Source: the human T2T-CHM13v2.0 reference genome, Homo sapiens
Length of the DNA stretch: 64,000 nt
Reading direction: 5' to 3'
NCBI GenBank assembly: GCA_009914755.4
Contig: CP086569.2
Location: 14,688,001 to 14,752,000, forward strand
The position numbers were made by a program, and so were the translations under genes. How positions within the stretch are numbered: the first letter of the stretch is position 1; each line of letters opens with the position of its first letter. Positions 37,494-48,759 of the stretch are shown piece after piece. The notes under the pieces are model-generated. The model was not told the DNA's origin, ran no database searches, and was given only the letters and a program-made list of their open reading frames with translations.

Positions 37494-37799
37494 TTCTTCT
37501 TCTTCTTCTCCTCCTTCTCCTCCTTCTTTTTCTTCTTCCTCTTCTCCTTCCCCTCTCCTCCTTTCTTCTTCTTCTTCTTTCTTCTTCTCCTCCTCCTTCT
37601 TCCTCCTCCTTCCTCCTCCTCTTCTCCTCTTCCTCCTCTTCCTCCTCCTCTTCCTCCTCCTCTTTCTCCTTCTCCTTCTTCTTCTTCCTCTTCCTTCTTC
37701 TCCTTCTCCTCCTCCTCCTTCTTCCTCCTCTTCTTCCTCTCCTCCTCCTCCTTTTTCCTCTTCTTCTTCCTCTCCTTCTCCTCCTTCTTCCTCTTCTTC
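37494..37799. repeat. 306-bp tract that is 100% pyrimidine on the + strand; degenerate (CTT)n/(CCT)n/(CT)n, purine (GAA/GGA) on the minus strand
   Basis: I checked this line by line: from 37494 (ttcttcttcttctcctccttctcctccttctttttcttc...) to 37799 (...ctccttcttcctcttcttc) there is not a single A or G. Confidence 0.95.
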
Positions 37800-38149
37800 A
37801 CAAAACATTAAAAAGTTACCATTCCAATCACTTTTAAGTGTGTGGTTCTGTGGAGTGAGACACATTCACATTGTTGTGCAACCATCATCACCATCTCCAG
37901 AACTTTTTCATCCTCCCAAACTAAAACTTGCCCCATTGAACATCAATTCCCCCCATTCCCACAACCATCATTCTAATTTCTGTCTCTATGAATTCGACTA
38001 CTCTGAGACCCTCATACAAATGGAATCATAGAATAATTATCCTTTTATGTCTGCCTTATTTCTCTTAGCATGCCTTATCTCTTTTAAAGTGAAGTTTTAA
38101 TTTAATAAGCATTATTATTATTTTCACTCTGCATTGTTGAACTGAAGGT

Positions 38150-39420
38150 TGGTGGGATGGTATTGTGTCTGGAATTGGTGGGTTTTTGGTCTCACTGACT
38201 TCAAGAATGAAGCTGCGGACCCTTGCGGTGGGTGTTACAGCTCTTAAGGCGGCACGTCTGGAATTGTTCATTCCTCCCGGTGGGCTCGTGGTCTCACTGG
38301 CTTCAGGAGTGAAGCTGCAGACTTTCGCGGTGAGTGTTACAGCTCATAAAAGCAGCGTGGACCCAAAGAGTGAGCGGTAGCAAGATTTATTGCAAAGAGC
38401 AAAAGAACAAAGCTTCCACAGTGTGGAAGGGGACCTGAGCATGTTGCCATTGGTGGCTCAGGCAGCCTGCTTTTATTCTCTTGTCTGGCCCCACCCACAT
38501 CCTGCTGATTGGTAGAGCCAAGTGGTCTGTTTTGACAGGGTGCTGATTAGTGCGTTTACAATCCCTGAGCTAGACACAAAGGTTCTCCACTGTACCCACT
38601 AGATTGGCTAGATACAGAGTGTCGACACAAAGGTTCTCCAAGTCCCCACCAGAGTAGCTAGATACAGAGTGTTGATTGGTGCATTCACAAACCCTAAGCT
38701 AGACACAGGGTGCTGATTGGTGTATTTACAATCCCTGAGCTAGACATAGAGGTTCTCCACTCCTCACCAGGCTCAGGGGCCTAGCTGGCTTCACCCAGTG
38801 GATCTCGCACAGGGGCTGCAGGTGGAGCTGCCTGCCAGTCCCGTGCCCTGCGCTCGCATTCCTCAGCCCTTGGGTGGTTGATGGGACTGGGCGCTGTGGA
38901 GCAGGGGGTGGCACTTATTGGGGAGGCTCGGGCAGCACAGGAGCCCATGGAGTGGGTGGAAGGCTCAGTCATGGCGGGCTGCAGGTCCCGAGCCCTGCCC
39001 TGTGGAAAGACAGCTAAGGCACTGCCAGAAATCGAGCGCAGCGTGGGTGGGCTGGCACTGCTGGGGGATCCGGTACACCCTCCGCAGCCGCTGGCCCGGG
39101 TGCTAAGTCCCTCATTGCCTGGGCTGGCAGGGCCGGCTGGCTGCTCCGGGTGTGGGGCCCGCCAAGCCCACACCCACCCGGAACTCCAGCTGGTCCGCAA
39201 GCACGGCACGCAGCCCTGGTTCCCACTCGCGCCAATCCCTGCACACCTCCCTGCAAGCTGAGGGAGTGGGCTCCAGCCTTGGCCAGCCCAGAAAGGGGCT
39301 CCCACAGTGCAGCGGCGGGCCGAAGGCCTCAAGTGCCGCCAAAGCGGGAGCCCAGGCAGAGGAGGCACCGAGAGCGAGCGAGCCAGCATGCTGTCACCTC
39401 TCAGTATCATCCTCAGTCCC
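38150..39420 (+). mobile_element. LTR12-family (ERV9/HERV9) solo LTR, ~1.27 kb
   Basis: ggtctcactggcttcaggagtgaagctgcagactttcgcggtgagtgttacagctcataaaagcagcgtggacccaaagagtgagcggtagcaagatttattgcaaagagcaaaagaacaaagcttccacagtgtggaagg is followed by the tandem U3 repeats of ERV9 LTRs (…ctgattggt…caatccctgagctagacacaaaggttctccac…gtgttgattggtgcattcacaaaccctaagctagacacagggtgctgattggtgtatttacaatccctgagctagacatagaggttctcc). A GC-rich segment follows (…ggcttcacccagtggatctcgcacaggggctgcaggtggagctgcctgccagtccc…). Confidence 0.85.
38515..38725 (+). promoter_or_regulatory. U3 CCAAT-box (GATTGG) tandem-repeat region of the + LTR12; about 3 intact motifs and 1-2 degenerate ones
   Basis: ctgattgg at ~38515, ttgattgg at ~38672, ctgattgg at ~38713, plus a degenerate ctgattag at ~38543. 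In characterised ERV9 LTRs these repeats bind NF-Y; that is established knowledge, not tested here. Confidence 0.6.
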
Positions 39421-41060
39421 TTGGTCTCTTGGGTTGAATAACTGCATATATTAATCCATTATTTTAAAACTATTTATTCATTGTAAAAGCCCCTTGAACC
39501 TAACAAATGCCTGACACATGTGTTTGTCTCCTCAGATTATTTGGTATCTCCTTGGGAAAAGAGGCTGTGGATTACAACTGTTGGGGCTCACTTGAACTCC
39601 TTAAAAGGCAGAGCAAGCTTTTATTTTTTTCTATGTCTTTGAGCACCAAGACTGGCCATGCTCACTAAAGGGAATTGAAGTTTAGAGAATGTGAAATGGG
39701 CGGCATATACAGATTGGTCTAGGGGTCCTTTCTAGTTCTCCCAGAACCCAAGGAAGCAGACTTCATTTTCCCCATTGTACAATATAGAAAACTGGGAGTT
39801 AGATGGAATAATGGACAAGTTTGCCAAAATTTGTTGGTTGGGGGCTACATTGCAGGACTTTTTGTTTTAAAAGCTCATGTTCTTTCTTCATACTTCAAAT
39901 TTCTGTTCTTGGCATCAGAAGCTGAGTAGATTCTCCCTCCAAGTATTTGGAAAGGAAATATAAAACTTAATTTTTTCACCATACTGAATATTGTTTCGTT
40001 CAGACAATATCCCCACACGGAGAACCAGAAACAAAGACATCATAGTCCTTAGGCACTTGGAGTTCAATCTCCTTTGAAATTCTCAGGAAGATCATTTGTT
40101 TTACACAATATTCGCTTTGAACTTGGACTCACTTTGGGACTTTAAGTAACCTACAGGATTCCCTAACTGAACCCAGTTGTCCCATTATGATAGGGAATTG
40201 TTTTTACTCCTCAAATCAAAGTGATAGCAAACTTTTCAAAGTGTAGGGTGAACCTTTGCAAACACTTTTTTTAAAAAATTCCTTTGCTTTAGCTCAGTGT
40301 CTAACCAAGGAAATGAGAAACCATCAGCGCAGGTAGAGAGCTCGCTGGTCAGGTCATCCCTGCTGCTTGCAAAACAATCCAGACCTTGTCTGAGTGGGGT
40401 GAACATGGCAGTCCCAGTAGGAACAGCTTGGGTTGGTCATGGCTGTTAATTTTTTTCTCTATTTCTGAACCCTACAACCCACAGATATGTGTTCATCGCA
40501 TTATTTCCTTTCTGGGTGGCAGGAATCAATATAAAGCTGCTGTGGTGATTTTACCATCCTCCCTTTTATTATTACTTTTGTACCTTTTTATGCCTTGCTA
40601 TGTTATCAACCCTTTTACTGCTCTGAGTTAAAGACAGCACATAAATAGTTATGCAAATAAAATGAAAGCGTATATTGTTTAATTTACCTTTAGTTATTTC
40701 AGAGAGAAAAAAAATACATGTAACCTAAATGTTCCAACGTATTTCTTAACAGTTGTATCTGCTTTGGGAAAAGAATCTCTGTAAATTTTCTTTTAAAATT
40801 TTTATTTCCTTAACTTTGTGTGGGTACATAGTAGGTAGTAGGTGTACATATTTATGGGATACATGAGATGTTCTGATACAGGCATGCAATATGAAATAAA
40901 CACATCATGAAGAAGGGGTTATCCATCCCTTGAGCATTTATCTTTCAAATCTCAGTAAATTGTAAAGCATTTCTGTTCAGTAGGTAGACATCAGCCACAT
41001 TTGCTATTTTAAGTTTACATTTACCTAAATTGAATACAATGAAAATTCTTCGTCTCTGTA

Positions 41061-41288
41061 GCCTAGTGGTTTTCGACCAGAGGTGATTTTGTCCCCAAGG
41101 GGATATCTGGCAGTGTCTGGAGACATATTTAGTTGTCATTACCAGGGAAGATGTGCCACTAGTATCTAGTGGGGGGCTCAGGGATGCAGCTCAACATGCT
41201 GCATGGTAGTGTTACCATGCACAGAACAGCCACCATCGCAAGGAACCATTGGCCCAATATGTCAACAGTGGCGAGAGTGAGAAACTGC
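41061..41288 (+). mobile_element. MITE-like repeat, copy 2 (same family as 14361..14580)
   Basis: gcctagtggttttcgaccagaggtgattttgtccccaaggggatatctggcagtgtctggagacatatttagttgtcattaccagggaagatgtgccactagtatctagtggggggctcagggatgcagctcaacatgctgcatggtagtgttaccatgcacagaacagccaccatcgcaaggaaccattggcccaatatgtcaacagtggcgagagtgagaaactg. Confidence 0.65.
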
Positions 41289-42269
41289 ACTAGCCACATT
41301 TCACGTGCTAAGTGTCCTATGTAGCTAGAAGCTGTGATATTGAACAGCACCAACTTAGAGCATTCTCCACTGTCAGTGCTGACATTTGGTTCTGTCAGGC
41401 AGTGTGGTCTCAGGTGAGAGGGAAAAGATAAGAAGGACTGGAAGCAGGGAAGTGATATTCTCATGAAAATACATTTCTTTGAATGAGACCACAGATTCTA
41501 GATTTCTTTGCCATAGACAGGTTCCATCTTAAGTTTCTGAGGTTATGATTGTCACTGAAGTCATACTATTAGTAACAGTACTCAGCTGTTTGTGGAGTAC
41601 TCCCTGATCGACAAATGGTTTGTCATGAATTGTCTCATTTAATTTTTGTAAAACTGTAAAACAAAGAAGCTCTCTATATTCCAGGTGAGAAAAGTGGGGT
41701 GATTTATTTTTCTGTTATAACAATGTGTAGCATGAACCCTTGCAATAAAAAAAGAATATATTTTAAAAAGAAAACTGGCTAGACCATGACCTGTTACATG
41801 GGTGGAGTCCAGGTCTTTATGTGACAATATCTACAAATTCACAGATCATATTTTTATAGGCACATCTCATTAAAGAAAAGCAGAACTCCACTCCCTTCCC
41901 CTCACACTTAAAGAGGACTTATTGACAGATGATGCACCTTTTTTTGACATGTATCAAGTCATTTTATTTTTCATGTTTGGGAAGACCATTTTACTCAGAT
42001 TAGCTTATGCAAATAAAGATAACATAATGCATGTTTCTTAGTTGTCCTTTAACTTCTACTTTAAAAAGAAAATTTGAGGATATCTTTAGTTGCACATTAG
42101 TTATGTTATCTTGGCCAAATGAGGTAATTTGGAGAGAAATCAAAGTATGTAATATTAAATGAGACATATAAGAACCCAATACTAAAATTTAGTCATTTGC
42201 TGGCTGTACAAAGTAAAGGTAGCTAGTTGGCCATTTGTGTTTCATAAAAGACAGTCAAAACAACATTTT

Positions 42270-42690
42270 GCTTACAGAAGAGAGAAGTACATGATGGACT
42301 GGATAAAAATAATGTGGTACATATACATCATGAAATACTGTGCAGCCATAAAAAGGAATAAGATCATGTCCTTTGCAGGGAGATGAATGGAGCTGGAAGT
42401 CATTATCCTCAGCAAACTTATACAGGAACAGAAAACCAAACATCTTATGTTCTCATTCATAATTGGGAACTAAACAGGGAGGGGAATAGCACACACTGGG
42501 GACTGTTGCAGGGTATGGTAGGAAGAGGGAGAGCATCGGGATAAATAGCTAATGCATGTGGGGTTTAATACCTAGGTGATGGGTTAATAGGTGCAGCAAA
42601 CCACCATGGTACACGTTTACCTGTGTATCCAACCAGCATATTTTGCACATGTGCCCTGGAACTTAAAAATTAAAAAAGAAGAATTAGGGC
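42270..42690 (+). mobile_element. L1PA 3'-end fragment (end of ORF2 plus 3'UTR), ~420 bp
   Basis: tacatgatggactggataaaaataatgtggtacatatacatcatgaaatactgtgcagccataaaaaggaataagatcatgtcctttgcagggagatgaatggagctggaagtcattatcctcagcaaacttatacaggaacagaaaaccaaacatcttatgttctcattcataattgggaactaaaca...taatacctaggtgatgggttaataggtgcagcaaaccaccatggtacacgtttacctgtgtatccaaccagcatattttgcacatgtgccctggaacttaaaaattaaaaaa. Confidence 0.9.
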
Positions 42691-43084
42691 ACCCACAGAG
42701 AGACCGCTTTTCACAATTTCTACCCTGGATTGTTGAAATAGAAGCATAATTTTAGAGACCCATGAAATGGGTTTCTTATATTTAAATATCTTAATGATTG
42801 CATTGCATAGATGGTTAAGACCAACCACTATTTTCATCTCCACCTGCAACAGAGTCCGCTGTTTTCATTATTTCCTGAGGGTTTATTATGCACCTGAGTG
42901 GACTATCTTTGCACACTACCATGGAGGAAATGATTTCTGGTGAAATGGTTTCCATGCCTTTCTTAGATAAAGGATTTGAGGAAATCCTTTGAGATGCTGC
43001 CTTTCTCTGCTGAGTGATGCAGACAGCATATGATCAGTTTATGTATTACCATATGTTTTGGCCTAAAACTGATGCCTATGGACA

Positions 43085-43152
43085 GAGTTGCAGTTAACCA
43101 AGATTGTGCTACTGCACTACAGGCTGGGGGACAGAATGAGACTCCATCTCAA
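43085..43152 (+). mobile_element. Alu 3'-terminal fragment
   Basis: gcagttaaccaagattgtgctactgcactacaggctgggggacagaatgagactccatctcaaaaaaaaaaa. Confidence 0.75.
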
Positions 43153-43310
43153 AAAAAAAAAATGATGCCTATGGAAATGTGGAATACATTATGTTAAAAA
43201 ATACTTAGGAGTCTCTTTCTCTTCTTAACGTTTGAAAGGAAATTTGTGCTAATTGAGAGGTGCCAAATTTACAGCTTTGAGATCTTGCAAAGTTCATTTC
43301 TTGTATAGGA

Positions 43311-44330
43311 TGTACAGGAGCCCAGACTGTGTGTGGCAAGCCACCTAGTTACCGAGGCAGGAGACTGAGGGCACGAGCCGTTCCAGTATAATAAAATATA
43401 TAAAATAAGAATAGTTATACTAGATATAGATCTTAGATATGATTATGAATATCATTAATCATTAGTTTGTAGCAATTATTATTTATTCCAATATTATAAT
43501 AATCCTCGCTCTATAATCATAACCTAGGAAAAACCAGGACATACAGAGACAGGAGCCGAGGAGACGTAGTGAGAAGTGACCAGAAGACAAGAGTGCAAAC
43601 CTTCTGTTATGCCCGAACAGGGTCACCAGAGGGCTCCTTGGTCTAGCGGTAATGCCAGCATCTGGGAAGACGCCCGTTGCCAAGCAGACCTTGGTCTAGC
43701 AGTAGCGTCAGTGTCAAGGAAAAACACCTGCTACTCAGCAGACTGGGAAAGGGAGTCTCCCTTTCCCTGGGGGATTTAGAGAAGACTGTGCTCCTCCACC
43801 TCTTGTGGAGGGCCTGACATCAGTCAGGCCTGCTCGCAGTTATCTGGAGGCCTAACCCTCTCCCTGTGATGCTGTGCTTCAGTGGTCATGCTCCTAGTCC
43901 GCCTTCATGTTCCATCCTGTACACCTGGCTCTGCCTTTTAGATAGCAGTAGCAAATTAGTGAAAGTACTAAAAGTCTCTGATATGCAGAAATAATAGCAT
44001 AAGCTGTTCTCTGTCTCTCTCTCCGCCTCGGCTGCCAAACAGGGAAGGGCCCCCTGTCCAATGGACACATGAGCCACGTGACCTTACCTATCATTGGAGA
44101 TGACTCACACTCTTTACCCTGACCCTTTTGCTTTGTATCCAATAAATAATGGCACAGCCAGACATTCAGCGCCACTACCGGTCTCTGCCTCTTGGTGTTA
44201 GTGGTCCCACAGGTCCAGCTGTCTTTTCTTTTATCTTTATCTTGTGTCTTTATTTCTATAATCTCTCGTCTCTGCTCATGGGGAGAAAAACCCACTGACC
44301 TTGTGGGGATGGGCCCTACACCAGATGAAC
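43311..44330 (+). mobile_element. ERVK-type (HERV-K superfamily) solo LTR, ~1 kb
   Basis: It starts tgtacaggagcccagactgtgtgtggc and ends ...ggtcccacaggtccagctgtcttttcttttatctttatcttgtgtctttatttctataatctctcgtctctgctcatggggagaaaaacccactgaccttgtggggatgggccctaca. This parallels the LTR5/ERVK 3' end ...ggtccccttatttctttctctatactttgtctctgtgtctttttcttttccaaatctctcgtcccaccttacgagaaacacccacaggtgtggaggggcaacccaccccttca. There is an aataaa at 44141..44146 (tccaataaataatgg). Confidence 0.65.
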
Positions 44331-44743
44331 TAGACTCTCTATTTCTGGACTTCCTTCCCTGGCTCACATAATGCATTTTCAATCATATTTGAAAAAAATG
44401 ACTCTTCCATCAAAAGTGGGCTGTGGAAATGAGGGTTTGTTGTTATAGTAGATGAAATAGATTGTATAGAAAGAAGACATGGCAGGAGGTAGGGCAGACA
44501 TGACTTGGTTGGGAGGTAAAATATATATTTATATATTACAGTTTGCTTAAGAAAATCCATTTGGAGCTTCTCTGTGGTTCCTGGGGTCCCCATATTTTAG
44601 GGGTGAGTCAGGGAGTGACATATGTGAATTACAAATTTCACATGAATGGGACGTGTGCATTTTATTATGATGTCTTCAGTGCCATGCTTATCATTTTAAC
44701 CTTCCGGATCCCTAATGCTTTAAAGCAAGCATGTCCAACCCAT

Positions 44744-44882
44744 ATTATATATATTTTATATCGTATATGTAATATATATATGTTATATATATAATGCAGC
44801 ATACTATATAGTATACACAGTATCTATATATGATGCCATATACAAGACCATATATATATATATACATACACACACACACATA
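44744..44882. repeat. AT-rich compound simple repeat, (TA)n/(TATG)n/(CA)n
   Basis: atattatatatattttatatcgtatatgtaatatatatatgttatatatataatgcagcatactatatagtatacacagtatctatatatgatgccatatacaagaccatatatatatatatacatacacacacacacataat. Confidence 0.8.
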
Positions 44883-46796
44883 ATAGGCCACATTATCATG
44901 TAAGTTATATATAAATGTTGATTGATTTGACAAAAGTCTGGGTTTTCTAAGCATGTAGAGATATCAAGATCCTAAAACATGAAAACACAGGTAACTTGTG
45001 GTGGATTTGGCTATTAGCCCACGTTTTCTTCCCTGCATAATCAACATTGAGGCATCAGAAAGATGTTCATTTATTTTCCTTTTAAATGAACAGGAAATTA
45101 TTTTTCAGAAATTTACCATTGTATTCCTCAGTAATAACCAGAAGGGAAATCTGCACCTTTCTACAAATATTATTGTATCTGATTTTTACATGCTTTGACC
45201 TAGTTCTCTTGAAAAATATATTTGAACATGAAATATTTAAATGAAGCAACTTTTATTTATGGAAATACAAACCACTTTCCTTAGGGCATATTATATAAAC
45301 TTTAATAAATACATCATAAGAGGAAAAATGGAAGTATTTGTGAGAATCTAGTATTTCAATTTTCTTTCCTCTGGAATCAGTTTCTCTCATATGTAACAGG
45401 TACCTTTACATCACCTCACGAATTATAAACACTTAAATATTATGAGAAATACTTTTCCCTTCCTGTGACATACTGGGATATGGTATAAACATTTAGTGAA
45501 TGAATAAACTCTGATAGCTAACCCATTTCTCCTGTTTAACATAATTAACTCAGTCATTTATTCATTTGCTTTTTAAAAACATTATTGTGTTTGCTTATTA
45601 TATGCCAGAGATTTTTATGCAAGGTGCTACTCATATAGGCATAGACTCTGTACTTCATGGAGCAGAATTAGTATACTAAACATAGAAAGACTTAAAAAAA
45701 TAACGAAGGCAGCATTTGCTCAATTAGTACACGTTGTATCATGTGATTTCAGGAAAATAGGGTACTAGGCTAAGAAAGATAGAAGATAGGAATTATTGCA
45801 AAGTGCTCTGAGGATATGTAGGGTTTTCTACCTAAAGGGAAGAGCACGTGCAATGGCACTGAGGCAAAAAATTATTTGGCACCTTTAGAAAAGTTTAAGA
45901 AGCTGCTGTATCATGACAAGACACCTGGCAACAGGACCTTAGAGGATGAATTCTTTTATATTCTGTATAAAGTGCAGTGATGGAATCCAGAGAGGTTGTA
46001 AGCAGGGGAGTGATTTGACAAAAGATATTTTGGGGAACGATGAAGAAGGCTGAGAATGGAAAGCGGGAGTCTGGTTCCGAAACAAACACACCAATTTAGG
46101 CAGAAGAGGTGGGTAGCTCAGTCAGGTGAGGCTGCAGTGAAGGCAGAGTGAGGCAGTTGGATTTCGGGAGACGGGAGGCAAAATTGGCCAGGGTTGGATA
46201 CAAGAAATGAGGGAGATGGAAACATCCGTTCTGATGCCAGTTTCTTAGGAAAATGCAGAGAAAGACCAGTTACTTTGATGAAGCCAATTGGAGGAGAAGT
46301 TGGGCTTTTCCTGCAAGGATAAAGGGAAGCCCTGTTAAAATTCATTTGGGGCATGATAAGTTTAAGCCTGTGAGATTATCAAGGGGAGCTACTAAACAGA
46401 CAGGTGGACATCTGAAGTCTCTAGCTCAGAAACAATGAGATGTAAATTTGAGTTGTCCAGAATTGTATTTATGGCCATCTAGGAAAATTCTTGGGTAAGT
46501 TCGACATTTCGGCATGTTGCTGGGATTCTTCCAGGGTTTGACCCTAGGAGTATTTGTAGTTGCTCCTGTCAGTGGTAATTTAGCAAGCATGGTTGGAGAG
46601 ATGCAGACTGACATCTTCTGGGATGTTGGCCTCAGTGAGAATTCGACATGATGAATATTAGATGGTAGAGCAGTTGGAATCAGAGGCTGAAGAATGGGAC
46701 CAATACTGATTCCAATCCCCACTCTTGGCCTCATCCATCACCATCATCTCCCTGCCCTTTTCTTCTCCAAAATAACGACTAGCAAAATAAAACTCT

Positions 46797-47148
<352 letters not shown>

Positions 47149-48276
47149 TCAGAAACATAAGGAAATCATGATTTCTGTAAGTGTTCTAGTATATCTTAGG
47201 CGATATGCTGATAGATACTATAAACTCAGGGGAAGAAGGAAGTGATGATCCCAGATGCTGGTGATGGGGAACCACTCCTGATTTTTTTTTCTTTTTTTTT
47301 TTGACTCCACAAGATTTACAAACGGAACAAGGATACTTTGAGTGGAAGTAATCACATAGTTCCAACACTTTTTTGGGGGAGGGGGGAGGGGGTAGAATTT
47401 ATGAATAAAAAAAGTTAGTAAATGTTTTCTCTACTTTTCTTTCCTTGTTTATCTATTGGGCAAGCTACCTTCATGTCAGCTGTACTTGGATGAAAGATAC
47501 TTATTAGTATATGCAAACTGGTGTGTCTACCCTATGCAAATGATGGTAAGATAATTAAAGCAATTGGTTCTTGTGCATCTGTTTTTCAGAAGACTTCTAT
47601 ACAGAATTCTAAATTGTGCTTTCTTTCTCATCTACCATATCAACTCAACCCATCCACCTTCTTTGAATTACTGTTAATTTCAACAAAGTTTGTACTTGTG
47701 ATAAATTTTTAGAGGTATCATCCTTAAATATTACACAGGAGATTGCATATATTATAATGTACATATATAATACTACATATATTATTAATCATATTAATCA
47801 TGTATGTAAGTCTATTAAGCAAGTTGGGATTTAGAAAATAATAGGCTTTTGTTTTTCCAGTAGTTTTGGGTCTGCTATGGCAGCCCATTTCAGACCCCAT
47901 GAGGTCTACTGGATGCTGAATATCATCAGCCACGTGATGATTTGGAGTGGAAAATAAAGATTTCCCATGCCCTCCCTTCCTCCTCCCTGATACTTCCCCT
48001 ACTGTTATCTTGCATTAGTGTGATACATTTGTTACAACTGATGGATTAATATCGATACATTACTATTAACTATAATCCATAGTTTACGTTGGGGTTTACT
48101 CTTGCTGTTGTATATGCTGTGGTGTTTGACAAACACATAAAGTCATGCACCCACCTTTACAGTATTTCATACCATAATTTCCTAGTCCTAGAAATACCCT
48201 GCACTGTGCCAGGTCATCCTACTCCCATTCCACACCCCTGGTCTTCTCGTTGTCTTCCTAAGAGATGATTGTTTGC

Positions 48277-48380
48277 ACACCAACATGGCACATGTATATA
48301 TATGTAACAAACCTGCACGTTGTGCACATGTACCCTAGAACTTAAACAACAACAACAAAAAAACAAAAACAGAAAAAAAC
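48277..48380 (+). mobile_element. L1PA extreme 3' end (~70 bp) plus an A-rich tail
   Basis: gcacaccaacatggcacatgtatatatatgtaacaaacctgcacgttgtgcacatgtaccctagaacttaaacaacaacaacaaaaaaacaaaaacagaaaaaaac. Confidence 0.85.
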
Positions 48381-48759
48381 GATTTTTTCCCTTTCTCTTT
48401 TGGCTATTTCCGCACAGCCGCAATGAAAGGACTTGCTGTGATGCTTTGAGGGAGGAAGGCACCACCAAGTGTCCCTTAACTTCCCGCACACAGAGCCAGA
48501 CATCTCCAGTTACTGAGAGACAGCTTTGCCTTCTCTGACCTCCTGGGCAAAAGGCTATCAGGTGGCAGAGAGCAGCTGAAGATAAGCAAGAAGGAAGATG
48601 AAAAGGAGAGCAACTCAGAACTCCTACTAGGGTCTGGAGACTTATCGTTTTGATACCGTGACTCCCCTTTCTCATCTCAAACCTTTCGGCTCAAAGTTGA
48701 CCAATCAAATGGTTGGTTTGTGGCTAGTAAGATGACAAGTTTTCCAATCAAAGGTTTTT

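Noticed and set aside
37275-37865. 196-aa ORF rich in E/G/R/K, with 37376..37801, 37427..37837 and 37434..37811
   Set aside because: These are artefacts of translating the 306-bp homopurine/homopyrimidine tract. The 'proteins' are poly-E/R/K or poly-L/S/F/P.
38781-39410. 209-aa minus-strand ORF, with overlapping ORFs 38878..39261, 39150..39454, 49877..50362 and 50008..50433
   Set aside because: All lie in the GC-rich distal part of the two LTR12 copies, where stop codons are rare by composition. The translations are Pro/Ala/Gly/Arg-rich with no recognisable domain. LTR12 is non-coding.
38150-39420. SVA retrotransposon considered for the GC-rich, repeat-containing element
   Set aside because: There is no CCCTCT hexamer array, no Alu-like region and no SINE-R, and no poly-A. 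The sequence is instead collinear with ERV9 LTR landmarks (caagatttattgcaaagagc, ctgattggtgcatttacaatcc repeats, ggcttcacccagtggatc).
40800-40960. Possible L1-derived fragment (…atttatgggatacatgagatgttctgatacaggcatgcaatatgaaataaacacatcatgaagaaggggttatccatcccttgagcatttatctttc…)
   Set aside because: It resembles a repeat I have seen in primate L1-associated sequence, but I cannot place it on a consensus with confidence, so it is not listed as a feature.
43894-44382. 162-aa minus-strand ORF
   Set aside because: It lies wholly within the ERVK-type solo LTR, antisense to it. It has no motif I recognise and is most likely a chance ORF.
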